NCBI GenBank assembly: GCA_951406725.2
Contig: OX597830.1
Span: forward strand, 53,382,001-53,446,000
DNA length: 64,000 bases
DNA from: Octopus vulgaris
Lineage: Eukaryota
Direction of reading: 5' to 3'
How positions within the stretch are numbered: position 1 is the first letter of the stretch; each line of letters begins with the position of its first letter. Below are positions 26,684 to 41,695 of the stretch, piece by piece. Position numbers and translations under genes: made by a program. Below the pieces are notes generated by a model. That model was not told the origin of the DNA and did not search any database. It saw only the letters and a list, made by a program, of their open reading frames with translations.

Positions 26684-27088
26684 AGTGGCTGTGTGGTAAG
26701 TAGCTTGCTAACCAACCACATGGTTCCGGGTTCAGTCCCACTGCGTGGCATCTTGGGCAAGTGTCTTCTGCTATAGCCCCGGGCCGACCAATGCCTTGTG
26801 AGTGGATTTGGTAGACGGAAACTGAAAGAAGCCTGTCGTATATATGTATATATATATATATATGTGTGTGTGTGTGCGTGTTTGTGTTTGTCCCCCTAGC
26901 ATTGCTTGTCAACCGATGCTGGTGTGTTTACGTCCCCGTCACTTAGCGGTTCGACAAAAGAGACCGATAGAATAAGTACTGGGCTCACAAAGAATAAGTC
27001 CCGGGGTCGATTTGCTCGACTAAAGGCGGTGCTCCAGCATGACCGCAGTCAAATGACTGAAACAAGTAAAAGAGTAAAAGAGTAAGAG

Positions 27089-27124
<36 letters not shown>

Positions 27125-27433
27125 CACACACATACATCTATGTATATATAGATAGATATATACACACACATACATACATAAACTCTCTGTCTCTCTCTCA
27201 CACACACTAACAAAAGAACTTTACAGACACACCACCTTTTCTGTCTCGCACATCCCATCAAACACACACAAACACGCACACACACACACACACACGGCAC
27301 GCCAACTTCAAAAGAACTTCCCTGCTCCAATCGCGCTTTCTCTCTCTCTGTCTCTTTCGCTTGTACGCCGACTTCAAAAGATCCCCTTTCCCCTCACCCT
27401 ACATATATATATATAAAAAAATAATAAAAATTT
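26265..27433. mobile_element. Foldback/MITE-like element with long microsatellite-containing inverted arms, interrupted by a SINE
   Basis: gtcttttgaagtc..gaaagcgcgattgga.cagggaagtt (26310-26375) is inverted at 27310-27385; internal part is shared with 14744-15375. Confidence 0.65.
26681..27088 (+). mobile_element. tRNA-derived CORE-like SINE family B (other copies ~810-1200, 10310-10650, 13350-13470 -, 28500-28870, 37712-37880, 41040-41330)
   Basis: TGGCTGTGTGG / GGTTCAGTCCC boxes, CORE-like cttgggcaagtgtctt, internal TA/TG microsatellite, tail ccagcatg..gactgaaacaagtaaaaga. Confidence 0.85.
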
Positions 27434-28969
27434 AGCTAGAAGTTGGAATTTCTCCGTTTTGAACCTTGAAAGTTTACGATGTTTCAAAGAACACATCTTT
27501 TTCTCAATTTTAATTTTTTATTCTCCCCTCCTTCCCGGTGTGACGGGCTTCGATCAGAACTCAGACAGTTTATTAGATAATCATAAATGGGATGTATATA
27601 TATTTCTCTCATAATATGCATTTTGCTTTTAGAGAGAATATTTGTCGGCTAATTACATGGATAATTTCAGTGAATTGAGATGTGGTACAAATATTCTTAG
27701 ATATTTTCCCCTTTAGTAATGACAAAGTAATTCCCCTTTGTATGTTATGGATGGCTAGAATAGTCATCATTTGAGACTGTTACATTCATTCCCGGTTTAT
27801 TTTGTATAGTATACAATTTGATATATAGATAAAAATGAAAGTGAGTATCGTAATTTGTCCGCCAAATAATTACGATTTATTTTATTAATCAAAATAGCTG
27901 ATGACAGAATTTCACTATTAGAATGTTGTAAGGCTGCGAGCTGGCAGAATTTGTTAGTACGCGAGTCAAAATGCGTAACAGCATTTCATCCGTTTTTCAC
28001 GTTCAGATTGCACCAAAATTTGAAACCAGGCTACATAAATAATAGGGTTGATTAGAGACTATATTACCCGAGGACCAGGTGGTGCTGTGAGTCCAAAATA
28101 CGGATTGCTGTATTTGATGGTATAAAAGATGCAAGGACATATTAGATGCATCTCAATTTCAGCAACGCATTTAGATTTTTAAAAATTTTATGCAGTGAAT
28201 TAGAGCTTATGGGAGACCCGACTTCGCATATAGGGCCTGGAGTGATTGGGGGAATGTGCAGTTTATATATCATGAATTACAGTTAATCTATCATCCAAGA
28301 ATTCAGAATGCAAAGAACTGGAGCAAGTACCACAAGGCACCTAATCCAGCACCCCAACAATTATGCCAATCCACTGTCTTTGGTCAGTGCTACACCTTGG
28401 ACAAGTGTCTTCTATTATAGCCCTGGGCCAACCAAAGCCTTGACTGGATTTAGTAGATGGAAACTGAAAAGAAGCCTGTTGTGTGTGTGTGTGTATAGGC
28501 ACAGGCATGGCTATGTGGTAAGAAGCTTGTTTCCCACCCACTGGGTTCTAGGTACAGTTCCACTGCATGACACCATGGCCATATAGTCTTCAACTATATC
28601 CTTGGGCCAACCTAAGCCCTGTGAGTGGAATTGACAGGCAGAAACTGAAAGAAGCCCGCTGAATATATTTATATATCTATATATGTGTGTGTTTGTGTTT
28701 GTCCCCCATCAACACCTGACAACTGACATTGTTGTAATTCCATCCCCGTGACTGAGCAGTTCAGCAAGAGACCAATGGAATAAGTACCAGAATCAATTCA
28801 TTTGACTAAAATTCTTCAAGGTGGTGCACCAGCATGGCCACAGTCTAATGATTGAAACAAGTAAGAGATAAGTATGCTCATGTGAGTATATGTGCGTGTT
28901 TCCATATCTTGACATCATGTAATGGATAGGAACAAGCATTACTACCAAACAAATAATGTCCTTCCTTCA

Positions 28970-29420
28970 TCATCATTGTCTCACCGTGGTCGAGACAATG
29001 GAATTTACTATGTTACGCCAGACTTAACGGTCCATCATAGCATTACATCAGAGCTTACATCAGGGTAGGAGAGTGTGCGCCCTCTGGTATCGCAAGCAGA
29101 TGGCTTCCAGAGGAGCAGAGTAGAAATTACCTCGTTTTCAGCTCTACAACAATGTCCAGCAAACTGGACTCTTCTACCTTTCACAAGAGATGATACAGGT
29201 GGTAATTTCCCATATATGTGTACTTTAGTTGGATGATGCTTCCATGAGAGTTTTTGAGCTCTCATAAGGAGGCGAGTGTAAGTTCCATCCAACCACCTCT
29301 CAAGCTTCTTTGATAACGTCCAGGTTTCTGAGCCATATAGTAGAATTGGTTCGACTGTGGCTTTGAAGATTTTAAGTTTGAAATCTCAACTTAGATTTGA
29401 TGACCAGATCTTATGCATAT
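28970..29420 (-). mobile_element. RTE-type LINE 3' fragment
   Basis: EPILLYGSETWTLSKKLERWLDGTYTRLL...RRVQFAGHC...GR, ending in a GAT-repeat tail. Confidence 0.85.
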
Positions 29421-30108
29421 CTTCCTTTCTAACCAGTCAAACTATGAAGAAATATTGTGTAACTTGAAATTGAGTGAAGTTTGACAACAGGATAAGCAAC
29501 TAGCAGTAAAGAATTCTGCTTCAAAGAATTCTGTCTGACTCATGGAAAAGTGAGTGTTAAAACAATGGCAAGGATGACAATGATAATGATATATTTTAAG
29601 GTGGCGAGCTGGCAGAACTGTAAGCATGCCGGGTAAAATGCTTTGTGGTATTTTGTCTGCCATTACGTTCTGAGTTCAAATTCCGCCGATGTCGACTTTG
29701 TCTTTCATCCTTTTGGAGTCGATTAAATAAGTACAAGTTATGCACAGGGGTCGATATAATCGACTTAATCTGTTTGTCTGTCCTTGTTTGTCCCTTCTGT
29801 GTTTAGCCCCTTCTGGGTAGTAAAGAAATAGAGAATGATATATGTGTATATGTATATGCATGTGTGTGTGTGTATTGGGGGAGCATGTCCTTTGCTGGTG
29901 CTAGTGTGATGTAAAATGCACTTGTGCTGGTGCCATATAAAAAGCACCCAGCACACCCTTAAAGTAGTTGGCATTAGAAGGGCACCCAGTGATAGAAACC
30001 ATCCAGTAGACAATTGGAGTCTGGACAGCTTCCTGGCTGGCTAACTCCGGTCAAACTGTCCAACTCATGCCAGCATGGGAAACAGACGTTAAATGATGAT
30101 GATGTACG

Positions 30109-30141
<33 letters not shown>

Positions 30142-30299
30142 CAATGGGCTTTTTTTCATTTTCTGTGAAACAAATTCACTTACGGGGCTATAGAAGACGC
30201 TTGCCCACAGACCAGCACAGTGAGACTGAAGTCAAAACTATGAGGTTTGGAAGCAAACTACTTAAGCCCATAGGCATGCCTGTGGCTCTGTATTGTAAA

Positions 30300-30779
30300 C
30301 TAGCTTAAAAACCACACTCTGTGTGGACTCCTAAACTAGCTCCTGCATAGGACAAATTGAGTCTGCAACCCCAAACTAAAGAGAGCTAAATAACATGACT
30401 GTAATACGTCTATAATGATTATATGCCCCGGTGGTGTTTGATCAGAGATCAAGGACTGATGAGAATAAATTCTGTAATGCAATCGTTCTATTGTTCTAGT
30501 CCCAAGTTGAATTCCAACTGTTGGCCAATTTGTCCCAAAGTTCTTATGTAAAATTAATGAAGTAAATACCATTTATCTCCCTCTGATATCATCTAATAAA
30601 CGCCAACCAAGGTGGTTAAATCAGATCCCAAACTGGATGTTCAAGAAGCAAGTGAAGGGCAGACTTTCGAACCTAGGATAATTCTGATTCAAGAAAGGGA
30701 TAATATGTCTGTGTAGAGCAAATGTAGACTGAGATACAGGGGTCCCAGACAGACAGACTTTTGCTTTTATTTTAATAGA
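30300..30779 (-). mobile_element. Non-autonomous Helitron, different family
   Basis: Minus strand A|TCTATTAAAATAAAAG..GTCTGTCTGTCTG 5' end; 3' hairpin CCACAC-aga-GTGTGG then CTAG|T. Confidence 0.65.
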
Positions 30780-31513
30780 TACCATAATAAATTATACACT
30801 TTTGGGTTTATTGCTAATTTATATACATAAATGAAATATATAATTACATGTATATGTGTATATATATATATGTGTGTGTGTGTATATACACACACACACT
30901 TATATATATAAGCATTGGGATTAACTCTAGTGCAATTAACAGCGTGCCAAAAGAACTATTTTTTTGTGGTTTGAGTTTAACTGCCCCTTTTAGCATGCAA
31001 GAAATCCTATCAAGGGTCTTCTCTCTGTGTATAAATCGTTATACACTCTTATATATATATATAGCATGGAAAGTGGATGTTAAAGGATGATGATGATGAT
31101 GATATATATATATGCACACACTGTGCTTGAGAAGACCTATTAAGTCAAGTACATCAACATTAAAAAATCAAATGGAAATTATAGTTGTGATACCTGTGCC
31201 AGTGGCACGTAAAAAGCACCAACCAATCATGGCCATTGCCAGCCTCCCCTGGCACCTGTGCTGGTGACACATATAAAGCACCCACTATACTCACGGAGTG
31301 GTTGGCATTAGGAAGGGCATCCAGCTGTAGAAACACTGCCAGATCAGACTGGAACCTGGTGCAGCTTCCTGGCTTCCCAGACCCCAGTCGAACCGTCCAA
31401 CCCATGCTAGCATGGAAAACGGACGTTATTCTCTGCTTGAGCAGGTCCGTGACATGGAAAGCATGTTACCTAATATCAGTGGGACAGACATGCTATACAC
31501 ACACATACACATA

Positions 31514-31561
<48 letters not shown>

Positions 31562-31574
31562 AATATTTGTATAA

Positions 31575-31610
<36 letters not shown>

Positions 31611-31613
<3 letters not shown>

Positions 31614-31847
31614 GGAGTAAACACATAAATGTGAAACAAGGTGGAAAAAAAGAGTACTCAAATACCAGTGGTAGAGTAATATGCTTTATTAAAAGTAGCA
31701 GAAAATTCAACAAAACCTGTTACTCTGAGTTTCCCTTGCCGTTCATCGGACAGTTTTTGCTAGAATTCTAGCAAAAACTGTCCGATGAACGGCAATGGGA
31801 AACTCAGAGTAACAGGTTTTTTAAAATTTTCTGCTGCTTTAAATAAA

Positions 31848-31851
<4 letters not shown>
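31611..31851. mobile_element. Penelope-like terminus: spacerless ~170 bp palindrome with two degenerate hammerhead motifs
   Basis: Arms 31680-31765 / 31766-31851 centred on GAATTC; each arm reads CTGT-CCGATGA-acgGCAA..-GAAA-CTCAGAG-TA-ACAG, same family as 40388-40470. (TA)n on both sides. Confidence 0.6.
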
Positions 31852-33652
<1,801 letters not shown>

Positions 33653-35413
33653 TAAACACATATAAAGATGCTAATGTAACTGCTAATGCACAAAACTCTT
33701 AGCCCCTCAGTTGCTTCTACTAAATATTAATAAAAAATACACACATATATTAATACATATATATATATACACACACACAACACAACACATACACATATTA
33801 TACCACAGCTTAACAAGTCTAATACACCGCCTATCCCATCTCATTTTAAAGATGGAAACTGGTTGGTACACTGTAAGAGATTTAGCTGCCATCCCAAGCA
33901 TGTTAAATAACAACGTAGAACCTCTCTGCTGGCGGTTGGTAGGGACTAGCCCATTTTAAACACTTTTCCTTGGACTATGTGAAAGGAGATTTTGTAACTG
34001 TTTCAAACAGAGCTAGACTCTGCTGCATAAAAGTTTTCTCACTGGCTGTGTCAGCATACGGTTGACTGGGTCAGCTGTAGATCAGAGCAGTCAACTGTGA
34101 AAACATACTCAAACAATTATTATGTAAATATTTAAAACCTGCAAAACCTATTTCTGGTACATGTACTAAATAATGTGGATGTGTATACACACACACACAA
34201 TATATGATATGCATACATTTGCACTCTATATGCATTAAATATATACACATACGCTCACATATATATGTATATATATATGCATGAATGTGTGTGTGTGTAG
34301 CAATTGCCAAAATATCTTCATATCTTACAAAGTAACTTGGGGTCCTAGTCATAGACTACGTATTTGTTGTGAGCCTAGAGGCTCGTTAAGCTGGTGTTTA
34401 TCTCATCTTGTCCCATGGTGTATAAGCAAACGAGAGTACAATACACTCTACTCCACAAAGCAGTACAACAGTACATTGCAGGGTTAACCCTCAGCTATTG
34501 CTGTGGCTCATTTGTGGCTGAAGGGACTAGAATAAGCAAGGAAGTGTCTTGCTCAAGAACACTGTGTCACCTGGTTTAGGAATTGAAACCATCTTATCTT
34601 ACTGTTATTTTTTATTTATATATTTTACATTTTCAGTCACCACGTCTCTCCTCTTTACAGCAAAGAACCTGTTCTACTCTGGCCTTTTTCTTCAAACTTC
34701 AACCCTTCATCTAGCATAAAGCCACCCTCTCTCAATAGTATTGTAAGCTGCAGGGCAACCTCAACCTCACAAGTGTTGGTGGCATGGGAATAACACCAGT
34801 ATACATTAGAAAGTGGCTGGTATTAGGAAGGGCATCAAGTTTTAGTGACCATGCTAAAGTAGACACTGGAGCACAAGGCAGTCCTTGGGTCTACCGGATC
34901 CTGTCAAATTATCCAAACTATGACAGCAAGAAACATGGATATTAAATAATGATGATGATGATGATTATTTAAACTGTGATTGAAGTTAGGACAAGTTCCT
35001 CTTGACGGAATAATCAACTTCGTTCAGCCTTTCAACAAACACATATATTTCTCACATTGGCCGAAATGCCAGAACTCTCAGCACATGACATGCCCCATGA
35101 ACAGAGTAATATTTTCCAAAATTGTTCTAATAAGGTTCTTCTTACTTTGATGTGCCTTGTTGGAAAAGGTGCGCCACTCACACTTCATGGCTCAGTGAAT
35201 AGGATTCGTAGATTATTCAACCATGAAAACATCCCCTTAGAAGTTGTATGCAAATATTAAAAACCTACAAAACAAACTCCTCCCAGCACACACACTCTGT
35301 ACCTTGTACATTTACCCGTGGTTATGCCAGTGTGTATATATGCTTATGTGTATGTATATGTGTGTGTGTGTGTGTGTAAACATACATATGCATCTCTATG
35401 TCTCTTTCTCTCG

Positions 35414-35472
<59 letters not shown>

Positions 35473-38011
35473 CACACATACTGTATACTTTTACATGTTT
35501 CAGTCATTGGACTGTGGCCATGCTGGGACACTTCCTTCACAAATTTAGCCAATCACATCAACCCTCAATACTTCAGTCTAGTACTAATTTTACTGATCTC
35601 TAATTCATCAAAATGCTAAATTAAAGAATATAAAATATCACACTACGTAAACATGGGTTTTTAGACTGGTCTCAGCAGAAACACAGATCTACACTAACAC
35701 TTTCATATGCACCCACATACACACACTGACATACACATACTCACAAGTGCAAACACAAGCATGTACACATGAATACATACACATGCACACACACACACAC
35801 ATACATGCACATGCGCACACAATATAAATCTACCTCTAAGTCGCTTGTTCGTTTTGAAACAACTAAGTCTCCATCTGCCCCTCCCCTATTTGATACCCTT
35901 TCACCTGTCTATCACACTTTTATTCTGCTCCTTGTACCAAGCCACCTGTGTAATGAGGGAAACATTCAGTTCTGTTCATATGCAATCCCTTCTCCTACCA
36001 CTCATTCTTCTCTTGAAGCACAAGGAATGGGCTGACATAAGACTTTAGTAAAAAAAAAAAACACTTGTTCTAGCTATCACACACACATTATTTTTTAGCA
36101 ACAGTAGTAACATTGATGTTGATGTTGTTTAGCCCGGGGTCAACTTCAGTTGAACAAAACTATGATCAAATATATTCGAGCCATGACTAACCTATCTTCT
36201 TAAGTGTATGTAAGAATAAATTATCCAATACATTTTTAACTGTTTAAGGCAGGATTTTGATTTTAGTTAGGTTTAGCTGCTATTTATAACAATCAAACCA
36301 CTCTTTTCCATGGTGGTGCCCGACTTATGAAGGACTGCATCACATCAATATCTGATACCCCAACCCACATACAAGCTATTTAATTTCTGGTTGGACCTCT
36401 GTCAGTCAATGTTGATCATCCCTCTGCCCATCTATGTACTGATCTTAGTAAAAGTTTTTGAGGAAGACTGGTTGTTACCCTTGCAGGCAAGTTTTTCTTT
36501 TCAACACCATTAAAGTTTATCCAAAAGAAAGCCTGTCAACTTGAACCAGCATAACTTGGCACCAGTGTTGTTTCAAGCACTGCTGTCAGAACACAGAACT
36601 GGAATAGATACCACAAGACATTTCCCCCAATCTTCATACAAGTCTGCCAGTTCACCATTCCAAATTAATATTCTTATTTTATCAACTCCAAAAGGATGAC
36701 AGGCAAAAATTACCTTTGCAGGAATTAAAAATTACCTTAGCAGGAATTGAACTCAGTAAGTCAAAACAAATACTGTGAGCTGTTATATCCAACACTTGAA
36801 CAACTCTGCCAATTTGCTGTTTCCAACTTCCGGAACAGCTGGCCACCACTCTCTCTTCTCCAGGTCACTCCTGTATCTAAAACCCAGCACTCTCTTACAG
36901 TCTTCACTATCCGTCATTCACACCTTGTCTTTACGGCAAGCATTACCATTATACACTTCTAACCAGCTCTCCCTCATGCTCAGGTGACTAATTATCAATA
37001 TCTAACGCTCTCTCTCCAGTATATTTTCAGAACACCTACACCGACAGCTAATTAGGTCACTTATGTAACAGAAATTATCAACAACTAGGGAGACTTCCTA
37101 GCATTTGAGAAACTCTATTTCCCTTGTGCACTCTTCATACTTATTGCCCCAGTTTACCTGCCGCATATGGAGTTTACCTTTCCTGCTCGCCCATCTCTGA
37201 CCTCACCCCTCTACACCTCTTCAGCCAGGTACACTGTATGGAATTTCTTCCTACTCCTTTCCAGCTGATCATGCACAGCTGTTTCCCACATTTTAAAATG
37301 GGGTTTTGAAAAGTAATAGATGAAGGGAACAGTCGAATTTTATGTGTGTATAAATGTATGTATAAAGAGAGGTAGAAAAAATAATTAATGAACTTATTGC
37401 ATAGTGCACTATGCATCAGAAAAGGTCACCAAAAGTGCATGTACAGCACAGAATAATGCATAAAAAGAAAGGCAAGTGAACAATCATAGGTGTATGAACA
37501 TGTTTCCGTAAGTTGTAACATAATATTTTTTTTACTAGAGGTCATCAATTTGGGAGCGGGGGGGGGGGGGAGCTTGTCAATTACATCAACACCCATGCTC
37601 AAATGGCACCTATTTGATTGACCTCAAAAGGATGAAAGGCAAAGTTGACCATGGCAGAATTTGATCATAAGGGCAGATGAATTGATGTTAAGCATTTTTT
37701 GTTACATAATATAGGCGCAGGAGTGGCTGTGTGGTAAGTAGCTTGCTTGCCAACCACATGATTACGGGTTCAATCCCACTGTGTGGCACCATGGGCAAAG
37801 TGTCTTCCACTATAGCTTCGAGCCGACCAAAGCCTTGTGAGTGGATTTTGTAGACGGAAACTGAAAGAAGCCCGTCGTATATATAAGACTTTATATAATT
37901 CTTCTGTTATTTTGTTATCATTTGGGGCATTTTTTTGTGTTCTATGTAAGTATACATCTCAAGCCTATATATACCTCACTACTTCTTTGTATGTATGAAT
38001 GTGTGTGTATA

Positions 38012-39142
38012 CAGGGTGTAACAGGTAAATTGGGATCATCAAAAAATTTTCTTTGTAATTGGTATAACTCGGCAAAAAATCAAACACTGCAAATTTTATG
38101 TTTATGCCAATATATTGTGGAGTGTTTAGCATTTCAGTGTGACTGCCATTTGCTTTACCAGTTCAATCCATTTACGAAATGATGCACATGCCTTAACTAT
38201 TCCTTCCTTCCAAAAATCACACAGATTCAAATCTGGTGAGTTAGAGGGCTAGATATATTTAAAATAATAATAATAATGAAATTATTGTATACAGTGCTCA
38301 GGTGCACCACAACTAGTCAAAAGTGCATATAAAGCATATGCAGTAATGTATAAATGTCTGGATGTCTGGGAAGTGAACAGCGTATGAGTCAGACACATGC
38401 TTGCGTGCATATGGAGGGGAGGAAATCAGGTGTAGTGTTGGCGAATCTCAGGAAGCATGGAAGTTTTGAAGGATGCAGTGCTCCGACAACTAACAACTGA
38501 TGCTGGCAGTTTGTTCCTTGCTTCAGCAACTCTTAGCGTGAAAAAAAAAGAAAATTCAGGGACAAAGATGGGTAATTCCTTATTCAAAAATTCTTGCACT
38601 CTTTTCAAAGAATGGGCGGGTGCAGAGCCCTGTACAAACATGACTCGACTTGCATCATAATGCTTCTTAATCCAAGGCAACAAACTTCTAAGATTTTGAG
38701 ATAATCTGCTGTGTTGATTTTAGGACCCACTTCAATAAACTGAGGAGGCATCAATTTCCCATCACTTGCAACAACTTCAAAGATCATAATAGAAGCTGGA
38801 TTCTTGCTATGCATAGCTGAAGGAACTTGGGAAGGGACGTATGCTACCACTCGTGAGCTTTGATGGTTTGCAACTTCGTCTACCATGAACTTCTTTTCAT
38901 CCACGAAGATGCAGATGTCTCTCCCACGATATTTGAGACGACTAAGAAGTTTGGAACTTCTTTCAGCTCAAATGACTTTGAAGGGGGTAGTTAGAATGTT
39001 ATGGTGTCTCCTCATGCACGATTTAATATGGAGGTCTTGTCTCACAGCCCTAGAAATGGTCATTTTTCTGATTCCTCAATCTTGAGCCAACTTTGCCATC
39101 AATTTTGATGGATTCGACTCAATTGATCTTTTAAGTCCTGTT
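38012..39142 (-). mobile_element. Decayed DD37D (maT-type) Tc1/mariner transposon, 5'-truncated
   Basis: Fragments DEKKF, VASDG, KINTADYLKILE, LPW, FVQ(G)SAPAH, (*)PSNSPDLNLCDFW with frameshifts and stops; about 37 residues between catalytic positions once the insert is removed. Terminus TA|CAGGGTGT at 38012. Confidence 0.85.
38262..38552 (-). mobile_element. 3' fragment of a CR1/L2-type LINE nested in the DD37D element
   Basis: FFTLRVAEARNKLPASVVSCRSTASFKTSM* (typical FFxxRVxxxWNxLP C-terminus), 3' UTR and (TTA)n tail. Confidence 0.75.
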
Positions 39143-39744
39143 GGCAAAGAAAATTATTTCTATGCCAATATACTGATAACAGACTTTTAAATCTGTTATC
39201 AGCATATTGGCATAGAAATAATTTTTTTTTGCCCTTGTTTATAAGTTGTTTATAATTTTAACCTTTAAAGGTATTTTAATATGCTGCCACTTTTTTGATG
39301 AAGTTTTTTTCTGTAAAAAAAAAAAAATTCATCCTATATTAGTAGTATATATATATAGTTACTTCCTGACCACATGGCCTTGGGTGCAGTCTTACTGCGT
39401 AGAACCTTGGGTGTCTTCAACTATAGACTCAGGTTGACCAAAACCTAGACAGAGGGCTGATGTTGCTTCAGGTAAGACCTGGGCTGGTATATGTATCTTT
39501 TTCTAAGAGTATAAGATAAAGCATAAAATTCTCAAATGAAAGTCAAAACCCTAAAAATATGGAAAAGGTAGTGGGGACATCACCATCCCGCGCCCTTTTC
39601 TTTTTCAGAATTGTAATCTGTCTTAAGTCTTCAAAGAAATTACGTTTTTTTAGTACTCTAGACAATTTCCGACTCTATTCTACAGGAATGCTAGTGGATG
39701 CATTTGATCCGACATCCTTCATCAGGGCCGACCTGGGAATAAAC

Positions 39745-39832
39745 AGCAGTAGCAGCTACTACTACTACTACTGGTGCTTCTGCTACTGCCGCTGCTGCTA
39801 TTACTACTACTACTACTACCACCACCACCACC

Positions 39833-39877
<45 letters not shown>
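39745..39877. repeat. Compound (TAC)n/(CAC)n/(TGC)n trinucleotide repeat
   Basis: Direct reading. Confidence 0.95.
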
Positions 39878-39878
<1 letters not shown>

Positions 39879-40177
39879 GTGGTCTTCAGACAATTTGCTT
39901 ATTATACTCATTTAATCGCTTCATTGGGATCGACTTGTAGGAATTTGCTCGTGCCCATCATATTCCTTGGTAATAAAATCGATTGTAAACATCCTGCGAA
40001 AAAGTCCGGATCGATTACAAGTGGGAGCTCTCTCGGTCGACCATTTAGCGGCGGATGTATCGTATAGGCATCCTACCGATTTTTTAAATTTTTTTTTTCA
40101 AAAAATTTCTTCGGATAACAACGGAGATTACGATTTTGTTACATAGATAAATAAATGAATAAATGATATACCATCGC

Positions 40178-40298
40178 AAGTGTGCCCCCTCTAACTTCGT
40201 TTTCTCATGTCTTTCAGAAAAATGGGTATTTTTTAATGAATTTTCTACAAATACATTTTAGATGGTTTTCCTTTTATGATTATATAAGAATTTTAAAA

Positions 40299-40353
<55 letters not shown>

Positions 40354-40660
40354 CATATATATAGAATTGTCCTATCGGTTATATTTTAACAAAACTGTCC
40401 GACGAACGGGAACGTGAAACTCCGAGTAACAGGTTTTGTTGAATTTCTGCTGCTTTTAAATAAAGTATGTGTGTGTGTGTGTAAGTATGTATGTATGTAA
40501 TGTGTGTCAGTATGTATGCGAGCACATCATTTTTTCTTCTTCACATTAAATTCCGATGTAATTTCTACACCATCTGAAAAGTATTTGTAGAAAATTTCAT
40601 TAAAACATACATTTTCCTGAAAGTTATGAAGAAACAAAAGTCGGAGATGGACACATGTGT
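40178..40660. mobile_element. MITE with ~90 bp inverted arms; related copy at ~16885-17220
   Basis: aatgaattttctacaaatac..agatgg versus ccatct..gtatttgtagaaaatttcatt; the central TA/CA microsatellite hosts the hammerhead fragment. Confidence 0.6.
40388..40440 (+). ncRNA. Minimal type I hammerhead ribozyme motif, U4C core variant
   Basis: Stem I (AACAAAA)CTGT/ACAG(g)(TTTTGTT); core CCGACGA; stem II ACG-GGAA-CGT with GNRA loop; GAAA; stem III CTC-C-GAG; GUA triplet, predicted cleavage after A40428. Confidence 0.65.
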
Positions 40661-41695
40661 AGGAATGGCCAATTAGAGGAAAAGAGGGAGAGAGAACTCT
40701 GAATAACTTTTCAAATTTAGAATTTTCTCTAATTTTTTGTTTTTAACTTTTTTTTTATTCCGAATGTTTATCTTTTCCAATGGACGTAGGGAGGAAATTT
40801 CCACTTTCAATCAATGATCATTAATCGAAAGACTGCCAGTGGAAATGACGAGACACCCCCACCTCCATCTCAAAAGGTACTCCTCGAAGATATCAGTTTT
40901 CTATTAATTTACAAACAGTCTCTTGACGCTGAGCCAATTTCTTTGCAAAATAGGTATTTTTTCATTTGCGATCACAAACTGAAAGTGGGAAATTACCACA
41001 AGCTATTAGCAATGATATCCTGAACAAAAACATTGTGAAGTTCCACTACATGGCACCTTGGGCAAGTGTACAACACAGGGCTGACCAAAGCCTTGTGAGT
41101 AGACGGAAACTAAAATAAGTCCGTCGCGCACGCGTCTTAGTTTATTCCCCCCACCAAATCTTGGCAACCAGTGGTATTGGCTTGTTTACGTACCCGTAAA
41201 TTAGCGGTTCGGCAAAAGAGACTGACAGACTAAGTACCAGGCTTAAAATAATACTGTGTTCGATTAGTTTGACTAAACTCTTCGAAGCAGTGCCCCAGCA
41301 TGGCCGCAGTCCAATGATGGAAAAAAAAAAAAAAGGATTTTTCTATTGTAATCTCTTTAAGCATGGAATTCCTAAAACATTAAAAAAAAAATTAAAACAC
41401 AAAAACTTTATGAGAAACTTCGATTAATATAAATTTTAAAAAAAAGGCAGTATTCAGTGCCTCTGACATCTCTGTCTGGACATTGCAGAATAATGTCAAT
41501 TTTTTTTCAATTATGCTCACATATCGAACGAATAAATTCAAAAGAAAAAGAACGTTAACCCCAAACGCTGATTGATGGACGGTGGGGTGAGTGCTTTTGT
41601 TATAGTTCTCTGCTTAAGCAAGGTGAGAGGTTCTCACACGTAACGAAGATATAAAAGATTAAATTATAACTATAGAGGATCTAATGCAATTATTA

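Noticed and set aside
30450-30480. CTGATGA followed by a GAAT/ATTC stem
   Set aside because: GAAA and stems I and III are missing.
39660-39740. Minus-strand CTGATGA...GAAA hammerhead-like match
   Set aside because: No stem II closing at GAAA and no stem I partner; CCCAGGTCGGCCCTGAT matches a common short-repeat fragment seen elsewhere in the window.
39559-40067. Poly-Tyr/His and poly-Leu/Pro ORFs
   Set aside because: Trinucleotide repeat; no splice or homology support.
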